From the human T2T-CHM13v2.0 reference genome, Homo sapiens: a stretch of DNA of 64,000 bases. Each line of letters begins with the position of its first letter. Position 1 is the first letter of the stretch. The stretch lies in NCBI RefSeq assembly GCF_009914755.1, contig NC_060933.1. One strand, given 5' to 3'. The notes under the pieces were generated by a model, which searched no databases, was not told the origin of the DNA, and saw only the letters and a program-made list of their open reading frames with translations. Made by a program: the position numbers and the translations under genes. Positions 38,551-58,806 of this stretch are shown here, piece by piece.

Positions 38551-38608
38551 ATGACATCAGCTATTTTGTTCCCACACCCATGTATGGGTGAGAGTGTCAT
38601 GGTCTTCA

Positions 38609-38897
38609 TTTTTTTTTTTTAGATGGAGTCTCACTCTCTCGCCAGGCTGGAGTGCAATGGCAGGATCTTGGCTCACTGCAACTCTGCCTCCCGGGTTCAA
38701 GCAATTCTCCCACCTCAGCCTCCCGAGTAGCTGGGACCACAGGTGTGCACCACCATGCCTGGCTAATTTTTTGTACTTTAGTAGACACGGGGTTTCACCA
38801 TGTTGGCCAGGATGGTCTTGATTTCCTGACCTCGTGATCCACCTGCCTCGGCCTCCCAAAGTACTGGGATTACAGGTGTTAGCCACCGCGCCTGGCC
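38609..38897 (-). mobile_element. AluS (Sc-like)
   Basis: Antisense dimer; TSD GAGAGTGTCATGGT. Confidence 0.9.
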
Positions 38898-38949
38898 GAG
38901 AGTGTCATGGTTTTCTGTATCATCCCATACTTGTATTTCCTGAGGATAT

Positions 38950-39470
38950 GTTTATTTCTTCTGGTTAACTATTGCTATGTAACTACCTACCTCAAAACAG
39001 GGGATTTAAAACAATCATTTGATTTTGCTTATGAGTTTGTAGGTCAGGAATTTGGGAAGAGCTCAGCTGGGTGGTTTGTCTCTGAGCCACGTAGGGTCAA
39101 CAAGGATAGCTGGGGCTGGTGCATTTCCTTTCCAGATGGCTTCTTTATTCACATGTCTTGGGGCTCATTGGCCTTTCTCTCTCTTCACATAGTGTCTTTC
39201 TCTTCGGGGAGTTTTCCACATAGCTTGGGCTTATCACAGCATGATCACCTTGGGGTGGTCAATCTCATTACATGGCTGCTCAGGGCTCCAAAAGCAAGCT
39301 AATAGCCATTGGTATGAAAGGCTAAGCCTGAAACTAACAGAGCTTCACATATGTTACATTCTAACGGGCAAAGCAGTTACAGGCTGTCCCACGTCTAAGG
39401 GGAAGGAAAGAGACCCCTCATCCATGGGAGAAGCAATGAAGAATTTGTGGCCAGCTTTAACCTGCCACAT
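38950..39470 (-). mobile_element. Old MLT1 LTR
   Basis: gtaggtcaggaatttgggaagagctcagctgggtggttt motif. Confidence 0.65.
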
Positions 39471-40266
39471 GCATTTACCCTTCTAATGGCACTAATTTAT
39501 GTTTTATTTAGGGCTTATTTTTTGGAAGGAACAGAAACTCAGGTTTCCTTAAGTAAAAAGGAATTTGTATGGGGGAATACCAAGGAATGGACAGGAATTG
39601 GAAATCACTGGAAACCAGTGGACTTCAGTACGGCCTGTAATAGGAATCACTGCATGAGTTCTAGATAGGGTCAGTCTGATGAGTACGAGCCTGCTACAAT
39701 GAATAACCTCCAATCCATGTTCCTGCCATCATGTTTCAAGCTCCAGGAGAGAGCATTCATTTGGATGAACTTGGTGCACAGGTGTCTCTCTCCCCGCAGC
39801 TGTGCTGATACTGGCCATGGGGAGAATCATCTGCTATGACCTTAAAAGTAGCAGATGGTGTATTTGAATGAGCCTATGCCAGCACAAAATAGGAAAGTGA
39901 TTCTCCAAAAGGATACTAGCAACCATTAGGAATGAGGAGAGGTTATTGAGCAAACAAATTCCAAATGTCCACTATAGGTAGGAAGGATGAATAAAATTAT
40001 AGAAAGTTAAAATTTGTGGGAGGAAAGTTGAAATGATTCATACATGATGGCCAAGTGTTATAGGTTGAATTGTGTCCCCTCAAAAAATTCATATATTGAA
40101 GTCCTAACTCCCAGTACCTCAGAATGTGACCTTGTTTAGAGACAAGATCTTCATAGGGGCAATCAAGTTAAGATGAGGTGATTAGAGTGGGCCGTAGTTC
40201 ACTACAGTTGTGTGTTTATGAAAAGGTGAAATCTGCAGACAGACATAGACACAAGAGAATGCCATG

Positions 40267-42950
40267 TGTCTTAGCTTGGGCTTCTATAACAGAATACTAT
40301 AGACTGGGTGGCTTAAACATCAGACAATTATTTCTCAAGTTCTGGAAACTGAGAAGTTCAAGATCAAGGTGATGACAGAATTGGTTCCTCATCATGGCCT
40401 GTTTTTTGGCTTGGAGACCATGGACTTCTCACTTATGTGGCTTTTCCTCTGTTTGTGTGTGTGGAGACAGTGTCATAGAAAAGGCCACAAGAGAGAGGGT
40501 CCAAGATGGTCGATTAGAAGCAGCTGCGGTCTGTGGCACTCACAGAAAGGAATGAAAGCAGCAAGTGAATTCAGCACCTTCAACTTGAATATCCAGGTTC
40601 TAGTGTTGGGACTGACTAGGCAAACAACTCAACCCTTGGAGAATGAAAAAAAGCAGGGCGGGTGACAGACCACCCAGGAGTGGCACGGAGCCAAAGAAAC
40701 CCCCAATCCCAGCCAGGGGAAGCAGTGAGTGATTGTGTGACACCGCCTGAAAAACACCACCTCTCCCACAGATCTTTGCAACTCATGAATCAGAAGATCC
40801 CCTTGGGAGCCCATGCCACCAGAGCCTTAGGTCCAATACACAGAGTTGTGTGTAGTCTTGGCAGCAGCAGCTCAGGCACTCACAGAGTCCCAGGAGTCTG
40901 ACATACTCCAGACCCAGGATCCCCGGTAAGGCAGGAGATCTGTCCGTATATATCCCTAGGAAGGGGGCTGAATGGAGGGAGCCAGGCAGTGTCATTCTGC
41001 AGGCCCCACTTCCATGGCACCTTAGAAGTTAAGACCCACTGGCTTAGAATTCCAGCCACATCCAACAGCAACAGGCTGGAGTCAGCCTGAGATAGGAGTG
41101 AGTTCCCAGAGGAAAGGGTGGCTGCCGTTTCTGTGGTTCGGTACACTCAGCAATTCCAGCCTGTCGGCTTTGGAGAATACAAATGGTCCAGATAAGGAAG
41201 GGTCCCCAACAATGCAGCACAGCTGCCTTGCCAGATTGTGGCCAGACAGCTTCTTTAAGTGGGACCCCGGTTCATTCCTCCTCACTGGGCAGGACCTCCC
41301 TGTGGGGGCTTTAGCAACTCTAGCTTGGGTCCTGCGGCAGAGCTCTGATCTCTCCCTGGGATAGAGCTCCTGGGGGGAGGGATGGCTGCCATCTCTGTGA
41401 TTTGGTTGACTCAGCCATACCAGCCTGGCTGCTTTGAAGAATACAACAGAATAAATAACTCAGAAATAAGACCACACACCTACAACCATCTGATCTTCAA
41501 CAAACCTGACAAAAAAAAAGCAATGGGAAAGGATTCCCTGTTTAATAAATGGTGCTGGGAGAACTGGCTGGCCATAGACAGAAAATTGAAACTGGATCCC
41601 TTCCTTACAGCATATACAAAAGTTAATTCAAGATGGATTCAAGACTTAAATGTAAAACCCCAAAGTATAACAACCCTAGAAGAATATCTAGTTAATACCA
41701 TTCAGGACATAGGCACAGGCAAAGATTTCATGATGAAAACACCAAAAGCAATTGCAACAAAAGCAAAAATTGACAAATGGGATCTAATTAAACTAAAGAG
41801 TTTCTGCACTGCAAAGGAAACTATCATCAGAATCAACAGACAACCTACAGAATGGGAGAAAAATTTTGCAATGTATCCATCTGACAAAGGTCTAATATCC
41901 AGAAACTGCAAGGACTTAAACAAATTTACAAGAAAAAAACAATTAACCACATTAAAAAGTGGGCAAAGAATATGAACAGACACTTCTCAAAAGAAGGCAT
42001 ACATGTGGCCAACAAACATAGGTAAAAAACCTCAACATCACTGATTATTAGAGAAATGCAAATCAAAACCACAATGAGATACAATCTCACACCAGTCAGA
42101 ATGGCAAGTATTAAAAAGTAAAAAAACAGCAGATGCTGGTGAGGTTGTGGAGAATAAGGAATGCTTTCACACTGTTGGTGGAGTGTAAATTAGTACAACC
42201 ACTGTGGAAGACAGTGTGGTGTTTCCTCAAAGACCTAAAAACAGAACTACCATTTGACCCAGTAATCCCATTACTGGGTATATACCCAAAGGACTATAAA
42301 TCATTCCATTATAAAGATACATGCACATGTATGCTCATTGCAGCACTATTCACAATAGCAAAGACATGGAATCAACCTAAATGCCCATCAGTGATAGACT
42401 GGATACAGAAAATGTGGTATATATATATATATATAATGGAATACTATGCAGCCATAAAAAGGAATGAGATCATGTCCCTTGCAGGTACATGGGTGTGGTT
42501 GGAAGCCATTATCCTCAGCAAACTAACACAGGAACAGAAAACTCCTCATATTCTCACTTATAAGTGGGAGCTGAATGATGAGAACACAAGGATGCAGGGA
42601 GGGGAACAACACACACTGGGGCCTGTTGGAAGCTGGGGAGGGAGGAGGGACAGCATCAGGAAGAATAGCTGGGCTGAATACCAAGGTGATGGGATGATCT
42701 GTGCAGGAAACCTCCATGGCACATGTTTATCTATGTAACAAACCTGCACATCCTGCATATGTACCCCTGAACTTGAAATAAAAGTTGGAAAAAAGAAAAA
42801 AGGGCATGAATCCCATCATGGGGCACCCCCCCTCCATGACCTCATCTATCTGATTACCTCCCAGAGGCCCCACCTCCAAATACCATCACACTGGGGGTTA
42901 GGGCTTCAACATATGAATTTTGGGGGGACAAAAACATTCAGTTCCTAATA
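40267..42950 (-). mobile_element. MLT1A/MST-like LTR split by an L1 (40267-40490, 42802-42950)
   Basis: tgtcttagcttgggcttctataacagaatactatagactgggtggctt ... ccccacctccaaataccatcacactggggg. Confidence 0.72.
40491..42801 (+). mobile_element. Internally deleted older L1PA (5'UTR joined to ORF2 C-terminus + 3'UTR)
   Basis: 5'UTR start ccaagatggtcgattagaagcagc; ORF2 C-terminal peptide ([14 protein letters not shown]...[18 protein letters not shown]) from ~41446; L1PA 3' end with AATAAA and A tail. Confidence 0.88.
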
Positions 42951-43183
42951 CCATATAAAGATGAAGATGGATATCCGGGTGGTTCTTTTACAAGCCAAGG
43001 ATATAAAACTGCCAGCAAACCACTAGAAGCTGGGAGAGCAGCCTGTAACAGATTCTCTTTCACAGCCCTCAGAAGGAACCTACCCTGCCAACACCTTTAT
43101 CTTGGACTTCTGGCCTCCACAACTGCAAGACAATCACTTACCTTGTTTAAACCACCCAGTGTGTGGCAGTCTGTTGGAGTAGC

Positions 43184-44095
<912 letters not shown>

Positions 44096-44127
44096 CAGCT
44101 GCCCTACCAAACAATACACATAGTATG

Positions 44128-45112
<985 letters not shown>

Positions 45113-45244
45113 TAAAGTAGGTGGAGTGACAGTTAAACTGAGCTCTAGGTCATAGTAGATAAGGTAGGCAGTGGAGAAACTGTAAATGTGCATTCCATCT
45201 ATAATAGAATGAAGTTGGGTTTTAAGAGGGGTGTTTACTACCTG

Positions 45245-45950
<706 letters not shown>

Positions 45951-46279
45951 CTGGTTCTCTACCCTGAGGACTCCAATGGGCTCCAGACCATGCATGCAAA
46001 GGTGGCCCTTGAGCTCCCCAGCTCCTGGCTGGTGACTGCACAATATCAAGATTAGTGCCCCCACCCATTAGAAGTCCTAGGACCCTCCAGGGCAAGTCCA
46101 GCATTGTTCCCTGCCATGTCCAAGGATGTTGCTGGTTTGCTAAAATTTTAGTGACTTGATGGGAAGTTCCAGGTGGCATGTCCATAGTACAACTGCTTGA
46201 GTCCAACATGTTCAATTAACGAAGGAGGAGTAGGTGGGGGCTGTGTAGGGGCTGCAGTGCTGGGATGGTCCCCTAGTCC

Positions 46280-46868
46280 TTTTTTTTTTGAGATGGAGTC
46301 TCGCTCTGTCGCCCAGGCTGGAGTGCAGTGGTACAATCTCGGCTCACTGAAAGCTCTGCCTCCTGGGTTTATGCCATTCTCCTGCCTCAGCCTCCTGAAT
46401 AGCTGGGACTACAGGTGCCCGCCACCACGCCCGGCTAATTTTTTTTGTATTTTTAGTAGAGATGGGGTTTCACCGTGTTAGCCAGGATGGTCTTGATCTC
46501 CTGACCTCGTGATCCTCCTGCCTCAGCCTCCCAAAGTGCTGGGATTACAGGCTTGAGCCACCGTGCCTGGCCTGTTTTGTTTTTGAGACAAAGTCTCATT
46601 TTATTGCCCAGGCTGGAGTGCAGTGGCGCGATCTCGGTTCACTGCAACCTCCACCTCCTGGGTTCAAGCTATTCGCCCCCTCAGCCTCCCGAGTAGCTGG
46701 GACTACATGTGCCCGCTACCAGGCCCAGCTAATTTTTTTGTATTTTTCAGCAGAGACAGGGTTTCACCATGTTGGCCAGGCTCGTCTTGAACTCCTGACC
46801 TCAGGTGATGCTCCCGCCTCAGCCTCCCACAGTGCTGGGATTACAGGCATGAGCCACCCCACCTGCCG
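46280..46868 (-). mobile_element. Tandem AluY (46280-46572) and AluS (46575-46868)
   Basis: Two antisense dimers. Confidence 0.9.
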
Positions 46869-47064
46869 GTCCCCTAGTCTTAGACCCTTGTGTGATGCCA
46901 GCCAGCAGCGTCGTCTTGCCATGCACAATCTTGCACCTCCCAGGACTGGTACCCATGCTGGGATCGGAGGTCCACCACCTCTCAGACACAAAGCCTGGCA
47001 GCGCTGGGACTGCTGTTATCCGCATCCTCCCTCAGAGCCAGAAACTCATTTATGTTCTCAAATA

Positions 47065-47545
47065 CTGGATCAGTTATCTATTTCTATTAAACAAAGCATC
47101 CCAAAATGGAGTGGCCTATAATAGCAATGATTATTTATTTTTCATCATTCTGTGGGTTGGCTGGGTGGGTCCTCTGCCGGTTTCTCCTGGCTCACCCACA
47201 AGATCACATTTAGCTAGAGGGGCAGCTGGGCAAGTACGTACCCAACAGACTCACTCGCAGCTTCTAGCTCTGGGGTGGGACATCTGAGTCCTTCTCCATC
47301 CAACACAGGCTAGATATGGTGGTTTCTTGGTTCCACCAGGGAGAGAGCAAGAACTGCAAAGCCTCTTAACCCTGGAGCCAGCACTCTGTCCCTTCTGCCA
47401 CCTTCTGTTGGCAAAAGCAAATTGCATGGCCAGCCCAAATTCATGGGATGGAGAAATAGACTCCGTATCTCAAAAGGGAGAGCCCACTGCCACTTGTCAG
47501 AGGAGCCTAGACTCAAGGAGATATGATTCCTCGTGGACCATGGCT
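47065..47545 (-). mobile_element. Old MLT1 LTR
   Basis: cattctgtgggttggctggg ... ttctgccaccttctgttggcaaaagcaa...ggccagcccaaattca. Confidence 0.62.
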
Positions 47546-47882
47546 GACAGTCTCCATAAATACCAAGAGCAGATCCCATCCTCTCTAGCAAAAAATGAGA
47601 CTTTATTGCCTTGACCGAGTCCTGACCCTCAAAGCTCACTTGAAGGTAGCTGCTAAGTCACAGTGTCAGGATCCCTCACTGGAAGACTAAATGCATGCTT
47701 TCACTGCCTGTGCGTCTTTGCTCCATCCAGAAATGTGATGACTCATTCTTGGAGCATGAAGGTTTGTTGTGGGAAGTGTGCAGAAATGTTTTTCTTTACT
47801 TCCAGAATGACAAGCCAGGGGGAAAAAATGGAACAAATTTTTTTTTTAAAAAGTAATTTATTTGGAAACTGTGTTAAATTCA

Positions 47883-48297
<415 letters not shown>

Positions 48298-48329
48298 TCA
48301 GGGCCAATCGGCTGGTTAAAGACTCACAC

Positions 48330-50935
<2,606 letters not shown>

Positions 50936-51058
50936 CAGATCTATGCAACCTATCATGTCATGCCTGATAGTTGCCCTGATAGTCACAGATCACAGACTGC
51001 TTTAAGACACACACTCACCTGGGCTTACTCTGTGTCTAGCCACAGTGCAATGTCTCTG

Positions 51059-51410
<352 letters not shown>

Positions 51411-52178
51411 TGAAAGCTCAGAAGTGTGATGGGTTACATCAGTCAATCAGCTCCAGCAAGTGCCCCCTGGAATACAGAACTACATGAATGTGTGTGTGTA
51501 CAAGAGGGGGCCTCGGGAGGCAGAGAGAAGGTGGAAAGCTCACTGCCTGCTGGACCCAAGTCCTGGCAGCCATGCTAGGGCAACTCTGCTGGGCTGATTG
51601 TCCACCCAGCATCCATCTGACCTTCTGTCTTCCTTCCAGTACCTTGGTTTGTTTCTGTGTTTGCTCTTCAGGTCTTCTTTCCTACAGACTGAAGCCAGGA
51701 AGAACTGACCCACCCCCATTTCCATGCTCCCCCCACCCTGTCCCTCAGTGGAACTCCATTCCCTTAACTGGTGAAGGAAGAGTCTGCTGGGAAGTGAGGA
51801 ATTCTGGAATATGTCCTTCTAGATGTTGTCATGGCTGAATGTGAGGTCTTCCCCTGCTGCCCCACTGTGCTTGCCAGAGAAAAGCCAGCACCCAAACTGC
51901 CAGAGGACAAGGAGAGAAAGCTCCCCAGTCACTGATGGCATAGCTGAGCCTCTCATCAACCACACCTGGAACCTAACCCACCTTCCACTTATAGTTACCT
52001 TCATCGCTTAGATGAGCCAAGAGTATTCTAATGGATATGTTATCATCTATCCGATATTTCCAGAAAAGAAAACTCATGCCTCAGTCACAAAGAAAATCAA
52101 GAAAATTCCATACAGGTAAGTGCCACCAAGTCCACGATGAGGAACAGCTCAGCCACTATGAGGATGTGGGGATTCTGG

Positions 52179-52726
52179 GTGAAGGGGTGCAAAACTGGCC
52201 ACCCCAATATATATGTCTTTGGCATATTGATTTCGTTGAACTGAAAGCACATCAGAAACAGATGCAGACAGGGTTCTCTGCCCTGCCGCTTCTCTACCTA
52301 AAACCAGGTCATAAAATTCCCCATGAGAAAGGTGCCCTCCCTGTACCAGGAAGAGAACATTCATGTCACCGGAGACTGGGAGTCGATGCAGAATGGACCT
52401 GCGCAAACAAGCCCTACAAAAATAATGTTTATCCCCTACTGGTTTTCCCCACATATTTCCCAGTCACCATCCCACAATTTACTGTCCCTAACCCAAGCCC
52501 TTTATCTTGTCACATGCCCATAATTTACCATTCTGTGTGTAAAATGGTGTCTATACTTTTGAGCCTAATGGCTTCTTCAAGTCTTTGTTTTCCTTCTGAA
52601 GACTCCTGTGCACATGTTAAAATATTAAACCAATGTGTATGCTTGTCTCCTGTTAATCTATCTCAGCTGAATTCTTGGGCCAGCCACAAAACCTGAGAGG
52701 GTAGAAATAAGTGTTTCCTCCCCTAT
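52179..52726 (+). mobile_element. ERV1 solo LTR (MER34/MER39-like)
   Basis: Begins tgaaggggtgcaaaactggccacccca...ctttggcatattgatttcgttgaactgaaagca; ATTAAA near the 3' end. Confidence 0.65.
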
Positions 52727-52811
52727 ATGGGTAAGCAAAGCAGAAATAGTAAGAAAGCTGAAAAGTAAAAGTGATGCTGGAAGGCTATTTTATAATAGAA
52801 AAAATCAGTAT

Positions 52812-53119
52812 GGGCAGGCACGGGGCTCATGCCTGTAATTCCAGCACTTTGGGAGGCTGAGGTGGGTGGATCACCTGAGGTTAGGAGTTTAAGACCAGCC
52901 TGGCCAACATGGTGAAACCCCGTCTCTACTAAAAATACAAAAAAAAAAAAAAAAATTAGCCAGGCGTGGTGGTGCACACCTGTAATCTCAGCTACTTGGG
53001 AGGCTGAGGCAGGAGAATTGCTTGAACACAGGAGGCAGAGGTTGCAGTGAGCCGAGATTGCACCACTGCACTCCAGACTGGGTGACAGAGCAAGACTCCA
53101 TCTCAAAAAAAAAAAAAAA
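52812..53119 (+). mobile_element. AluS
   Basis: Full dimer; TSD AAAAATCAGTA. Confidence 0.92.
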
Positions 53120-53516
53120 TCAGTATTTTTATAGTAAAAAAGAAAAAACTAATTATAGAAAATTTGTATAACCCCCAAATAAAAATCACCCTTAACATCA
53201 TCATTATGCAAAGTTAACAATTCTTTCTTTTTAGCCCATGACTTTGCAAATCTTTTAAATGCCCCCTCTTGATTAGGTGAGTAAAAAGGAAAATAAAATC
53301 AGAGAAAAAAAAAACAGAGGTCTCTAAGGGAAAAGTACATATGGAGTTAAGTTTGAATTGGAGGAAAACAACTCACTGAAATTAAAAAAAAAAAAACAGC
53401 TTGATGATATAATTAACATATACAAAACTCTCTTAAAGTATACAATGTAATGTTTTTCAATATATTCACCAGGTTATGAATATACCATCATCACAATCTA
53501 ATTTTAAAACGTTTGT

Positions 53517-53853
<337 letters not shown>

Positions 53854-53869
53854 TCATTCACTCCCCATG

Positions 53870-56775
53870 CCCAGCAGGTCCCTGAATTCACCCCGTTGTG
53901 ATTTCCTAGTTTGAGGACGCACGATTGGAATGAATGTACTCAGCAGCTCGTTGGATCCCCACATTTGTTCCCTGACCAGTAGAGTGGAGTAAGGGCTATT
54001 ATGATGGGAATGGCCAAGTGGAAGCCACTAGAACTACTTTGACTAGGAAAATAGTAAACCAAAAGTAGCACCACATTTCTGGAGAGGTTGCAGAGATTAG
54101 TGTCACCATCAAGGACTTAAGGATGCACCATAAACCTATTCAGCTCACCTATTGGACTGTGCAGAAGACAGATGGATTTTGGAGGACGACAGTGGATGGA
54201 TTATCGTGAACTTAATCAGGTGTTGACTTCAATTGTAGCAGATGTAGTTTCATTGCTTGAGGAAATTAGCACAAACCCTGGTACATGGTGTGCAGCTATT
54301 GGTCCAGCAAATGCTTTTTTCTCCATCTCTGTTAGTGAAGACTTCCAGAAGCAGTTTACTTTAGCTGGCAAGGCAAGCAATATACCTACACTGATAGGAG
54401 TGTGTCAGCTCTCCAGCTCTATGTCACAATCAGTTCACAGAGATTTTGATTGCCTTCCCCTTCCAGAAGACATAAACATTCATCCATTACATTGATGACA
54501 TTATGCTGACAGGACCTAAGAACAAGAAGTAGTAAATATGCTAGATTTATTGGTAAGACATTTGCATGTCAGAGAATGGGAAATAATATTTTTTTTTAAT
54601 TTCAGTGGCTTTCTATGTCTGTGAAATTTCTAGGGCATCTAGTGATGTGGAGGCACATTAAGGTGTTCATATGAAAGGTAAGCTATTGCATCTGGCCTCT
54701 CCTGTAACTAAGAAAGACGCACAGTGCCTAATGGGCCTCTGAATTTTGGAGGCAACATATTCCTCATTTGGGTGTGTTACTCCAGTCCATTTCCCAAGTG
54801 ACCAGAGAAGCTGCTAGTTTTGCTTAAAGCCCACAACAGGAGAAGGCTCTGCAACAGATCTAGGCTGCTGGTCAAGTTGCTTTGCTGCTTGGCATATGAC
54901 TCAGCAGATCCAATGGTGTTTGAAATGCCAGTGGCAGATAGGGATGCTGTTGGAACCCTCGGCAGGCCTGTATGGGTGAATGGCAGTACAGGCCTTTACA
55001 TTTTAGAGCAAAGCCCTGCCTCCTCAACAGATAACCACTCTCCTTTTGAAAAACAGCTCTTGGCCTGCTACTGGGTCTTAGAGGCTGAACACTCAAGCAT
55101 GGGCCATCAAGTTACCAGGCCACCTGCACTGCCCTTCATAAACTGGGTGGTATTTGACCCACCAACCCATGAAGTTGGGTGTGCACAGCAGCACTCCATC
55201 ATCAGATAGAAGTGGTATATACATGATCAGACCCAAGTAGGCCCTGAAGGCACAAGTACATTACGTGAAGTGGCCTTGCTACACTGCCTCCTCTCTCCTA
55301 GCCTGCACTGATGGTCTTACAAGTAAGTTCCTGACAATCATTGTCAGAGGAAGAAAACAGTCAGTCCTGGACTACAGAGGGTTCTGCGGGATATGCAGCC
55401 CCCACTCTGAAGTGGACAGCTGCAGCACTGCAGCCCCTTTCCAGGACAGCCCTGAAGGACAGTGGTGAAGAGAAATCCTCCTAGTGAGCCAAACTTTGAG
55501 CAGTTTACCTGGTTGTCCACTTTGCCTGGAAGAAGAAATGGCATGATATGCAATTACAAACTGATTCATGGGCTGTAGCCAATGGTTTGGCTGGATGATC
55601 AGATACCTGGAAGGCACATGACTGGAAAATTGATGACATGAAAATTTGGGGAAGCTCTATGTGCATAGACCTCTCTGGGAAAAGAACACAAAGATATTGT
55701 GTTTCATGTGAATGCTTATCAAAGGGTGACCTCAGCAAAAAGGACTTTAATAATTGGGTGAATAGGACAATCCATTCTGTGGATATCAGTCAGTCTCTTC
55801 CCCCAGCCACTCTGTCATGGCCCAGTGGGCTTGTGAACAAAGTGGCCATGGTGGCAGGGATGGAGATTGTGCACAGGCTCAGCAGCACAGAGTGGAAGTC
55901 CTGAGTACAGCCTCCACTGACTGCTCAATCTACCAGGAGCAGAGAGCAACACTGAGCCCCCAGTATGATCACCCAGGGGGATCAGCAAGCTATCTGGTGG
56001 CAGATTGATTACACTGGACCACTTCCATCATGGAAGGGACAGAGTTTTGTCCTTACTGGAATAGACACTTATTCTGAATACAAATTTGCCTGTCCTGCTC
56101 ACAATGCTTCTGCCAAAACTACCATTTGTGGAGTCACAGAATGCCTTATTCACCATCAGCCGCACTGCCTTGCTTCTGATCAAGAAACTCACTTTACAGT
56201 GAAAGAAGTGTGGCAATAGGTCTGTGCTCATAGAATTCACTGGTTTTACCATATTCTATATCATCCTAAAGCAGCAATTTTGCTGGGAGAGTGAAATGGC
56301 CTTTTGAAGACTCAGTTACAGTGCCAGTTAGGTAGCAGTACCTTGCAGGGCTGGGGCAAGGTTTCACAGGAGGTTGGATACGCTCCAAATCAGCATCTAA
56401 TCTATGGTGCTGTTTCTCCCACAGCCAGGATTCACAGGTCCAGACATAAAGGGGTGGAAATGGGAGAGGCACCACTCACCATCACCCCTAGTGACCCACT
56501 AGCAAAAGTTTTGCTTCCTGGTCCTGTGACTTTATGCTCCACTGGCCTAGAAGTCTAGTTTCAGTGGGAGGACAAAAACAATGGTTCAATTGAACTGGAA
56601 GTTGACTGCAACCTGGCCACCTTGGGTTCCTCATGCCTCTGAATCAATATGCTGCAAAAAGAGCTAGTGTTGGCTGGGGTGACTGATCTTCATTACCAAG
56701 GAGAAATTGGACAACTATTCCACAATGGAGGTAAGGAAGTGAATGTCCAGCATACAGTAGATCCCTTAGGGCATC
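53870..56775 (+). mobile_element. Decayed ERVL (HERV-L-like) internal segment: protease end, RT, RNase H, integrase, dUTPase
   Basis: Broken frames encode DYRELNQV, ANAFFSI, HYIDD, YDSADPMVFE, SPFEKQLLACYW, DSWAVANGLAG, WWQIDYTGPLPSWKGQSFVLTGIDTYS and a dUTPase-like AGVTDLHYQGEIG after the integrase (ERVL gene order). Confidence 0.88.
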
Positions 56776-57071
56776 TCTTTTTATTATCTTTTATTATCAC
56801 AATGCCTTGTCTACTGTTTCTATGACTGTAGACCACGCTTACAGGAGGAAAATTACTTCTGTACAAGGCACAGCACAAAAAATGGAGGTGTGGGACCATG
56901 ACTGGTCATATCATACCAGGCACAGGGACAGTGTGCTAGGGAGTCATGAGCATTTGTGGATAGAAAGCAGAGGCAAAAGATCAGTGACCAAGAAGCTCAA
57001 CTCCGCTTATATGTGTGAAGCTCCACACAACTCCACGTGATGAGCAGACACCATAAGAAATACACACATGG

Positions 57072-57899
<828 letters not shown>

Positions 57900-58356
57900 A
57901 CCAAAAATATTTTTAAGTTAAATCTCTCCAAACCTTTAGACCTAACTTCCAGTTGACAGACAATACAGGAACAGAGGAACAGGTAAAAGAACATAAGAAG
58001 GAAACAATTTGACAAAATCCTTAAAGTCACACACTTTTCATGCTAACTAGCCTGGTCTCTTTGACAAGCCAAAATCATGAAGAAATAAGGGGGTGGGGGG
58101 CCTAATGTAGATTAAAGCATAATGCAGTGATTGGATCCTGGTTTTTAAAAAAGCAAATAGAAATTTGGAGTTGGATTATTGGGAAAATTTGAATATGGAT
58201 TGAGCACTAGATGATCTTTGGGAATTATCAACTTTCTCAAGTATGATATTGGTTGTAGAAGTTCCTCATTTTTTGGAAGTGTAGGAGGAAGTACTCAGGG
58301 ATAAAGTGTCATGAAAGCTGTAATCTTTTAAAAATCATTGTTCAGAAAAATACATA

Positions 58357-58806
58357 CAGTTGACCCTTGAACAATGTGGGAGTTAGGGGTGCTGACACCC
58401 ACTCCTTTGTACAGTCGAAAATCCAAAATAACATTTGACTTCCCCCAGACTTAGCCATGAATAGCAGACATTTTGACTGGAAGGCTTACTGATAACATAA
58501 GCAGCAATTAACACCTATTCTGTATATTATATGTATGATACACTGTGTTCTCATAATAGAGTAAGCCAGAGAAAAGAAATGTTATGAAGAAAATCATGAG
58601 GAAGAGAAAATATATTTACTGCTCATCAAGTGAAAGTGGACCATCGTAAAGTTCTTCCTCCTCATTGTCTTCACATTGAATAGGCTGAGGAGGAGGAAGA
58701 AGAGGAAGGGTTGGTCTTGCTGTCTCAGGGGTGGCAGAGATGGAAGAAAATCCTTGTACAAGTGAACCCATGCAGTTCAAACCCATGTTGTTCAAGGGTC
58801 CACTTT
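58357..58806. mobile_element. Tigger2a-like DNA transposon
   Basis: Terminal inverted repeats CAGTTGACCCTTGAACAA / TTGTTCAAGGGTCCACT, preceded by TA. Confidence 0.82.

Noticed and set aside
41382-42738. 197-aa and 201-aa ORFs as genes
   Set aside because: Fragments of L1 ORF2 and 3'UTR from a deleted L1.
52031-52696. 221-aa ORF
   Set aside because: Lies almost entirely in a solo LTR; no homology recognised.
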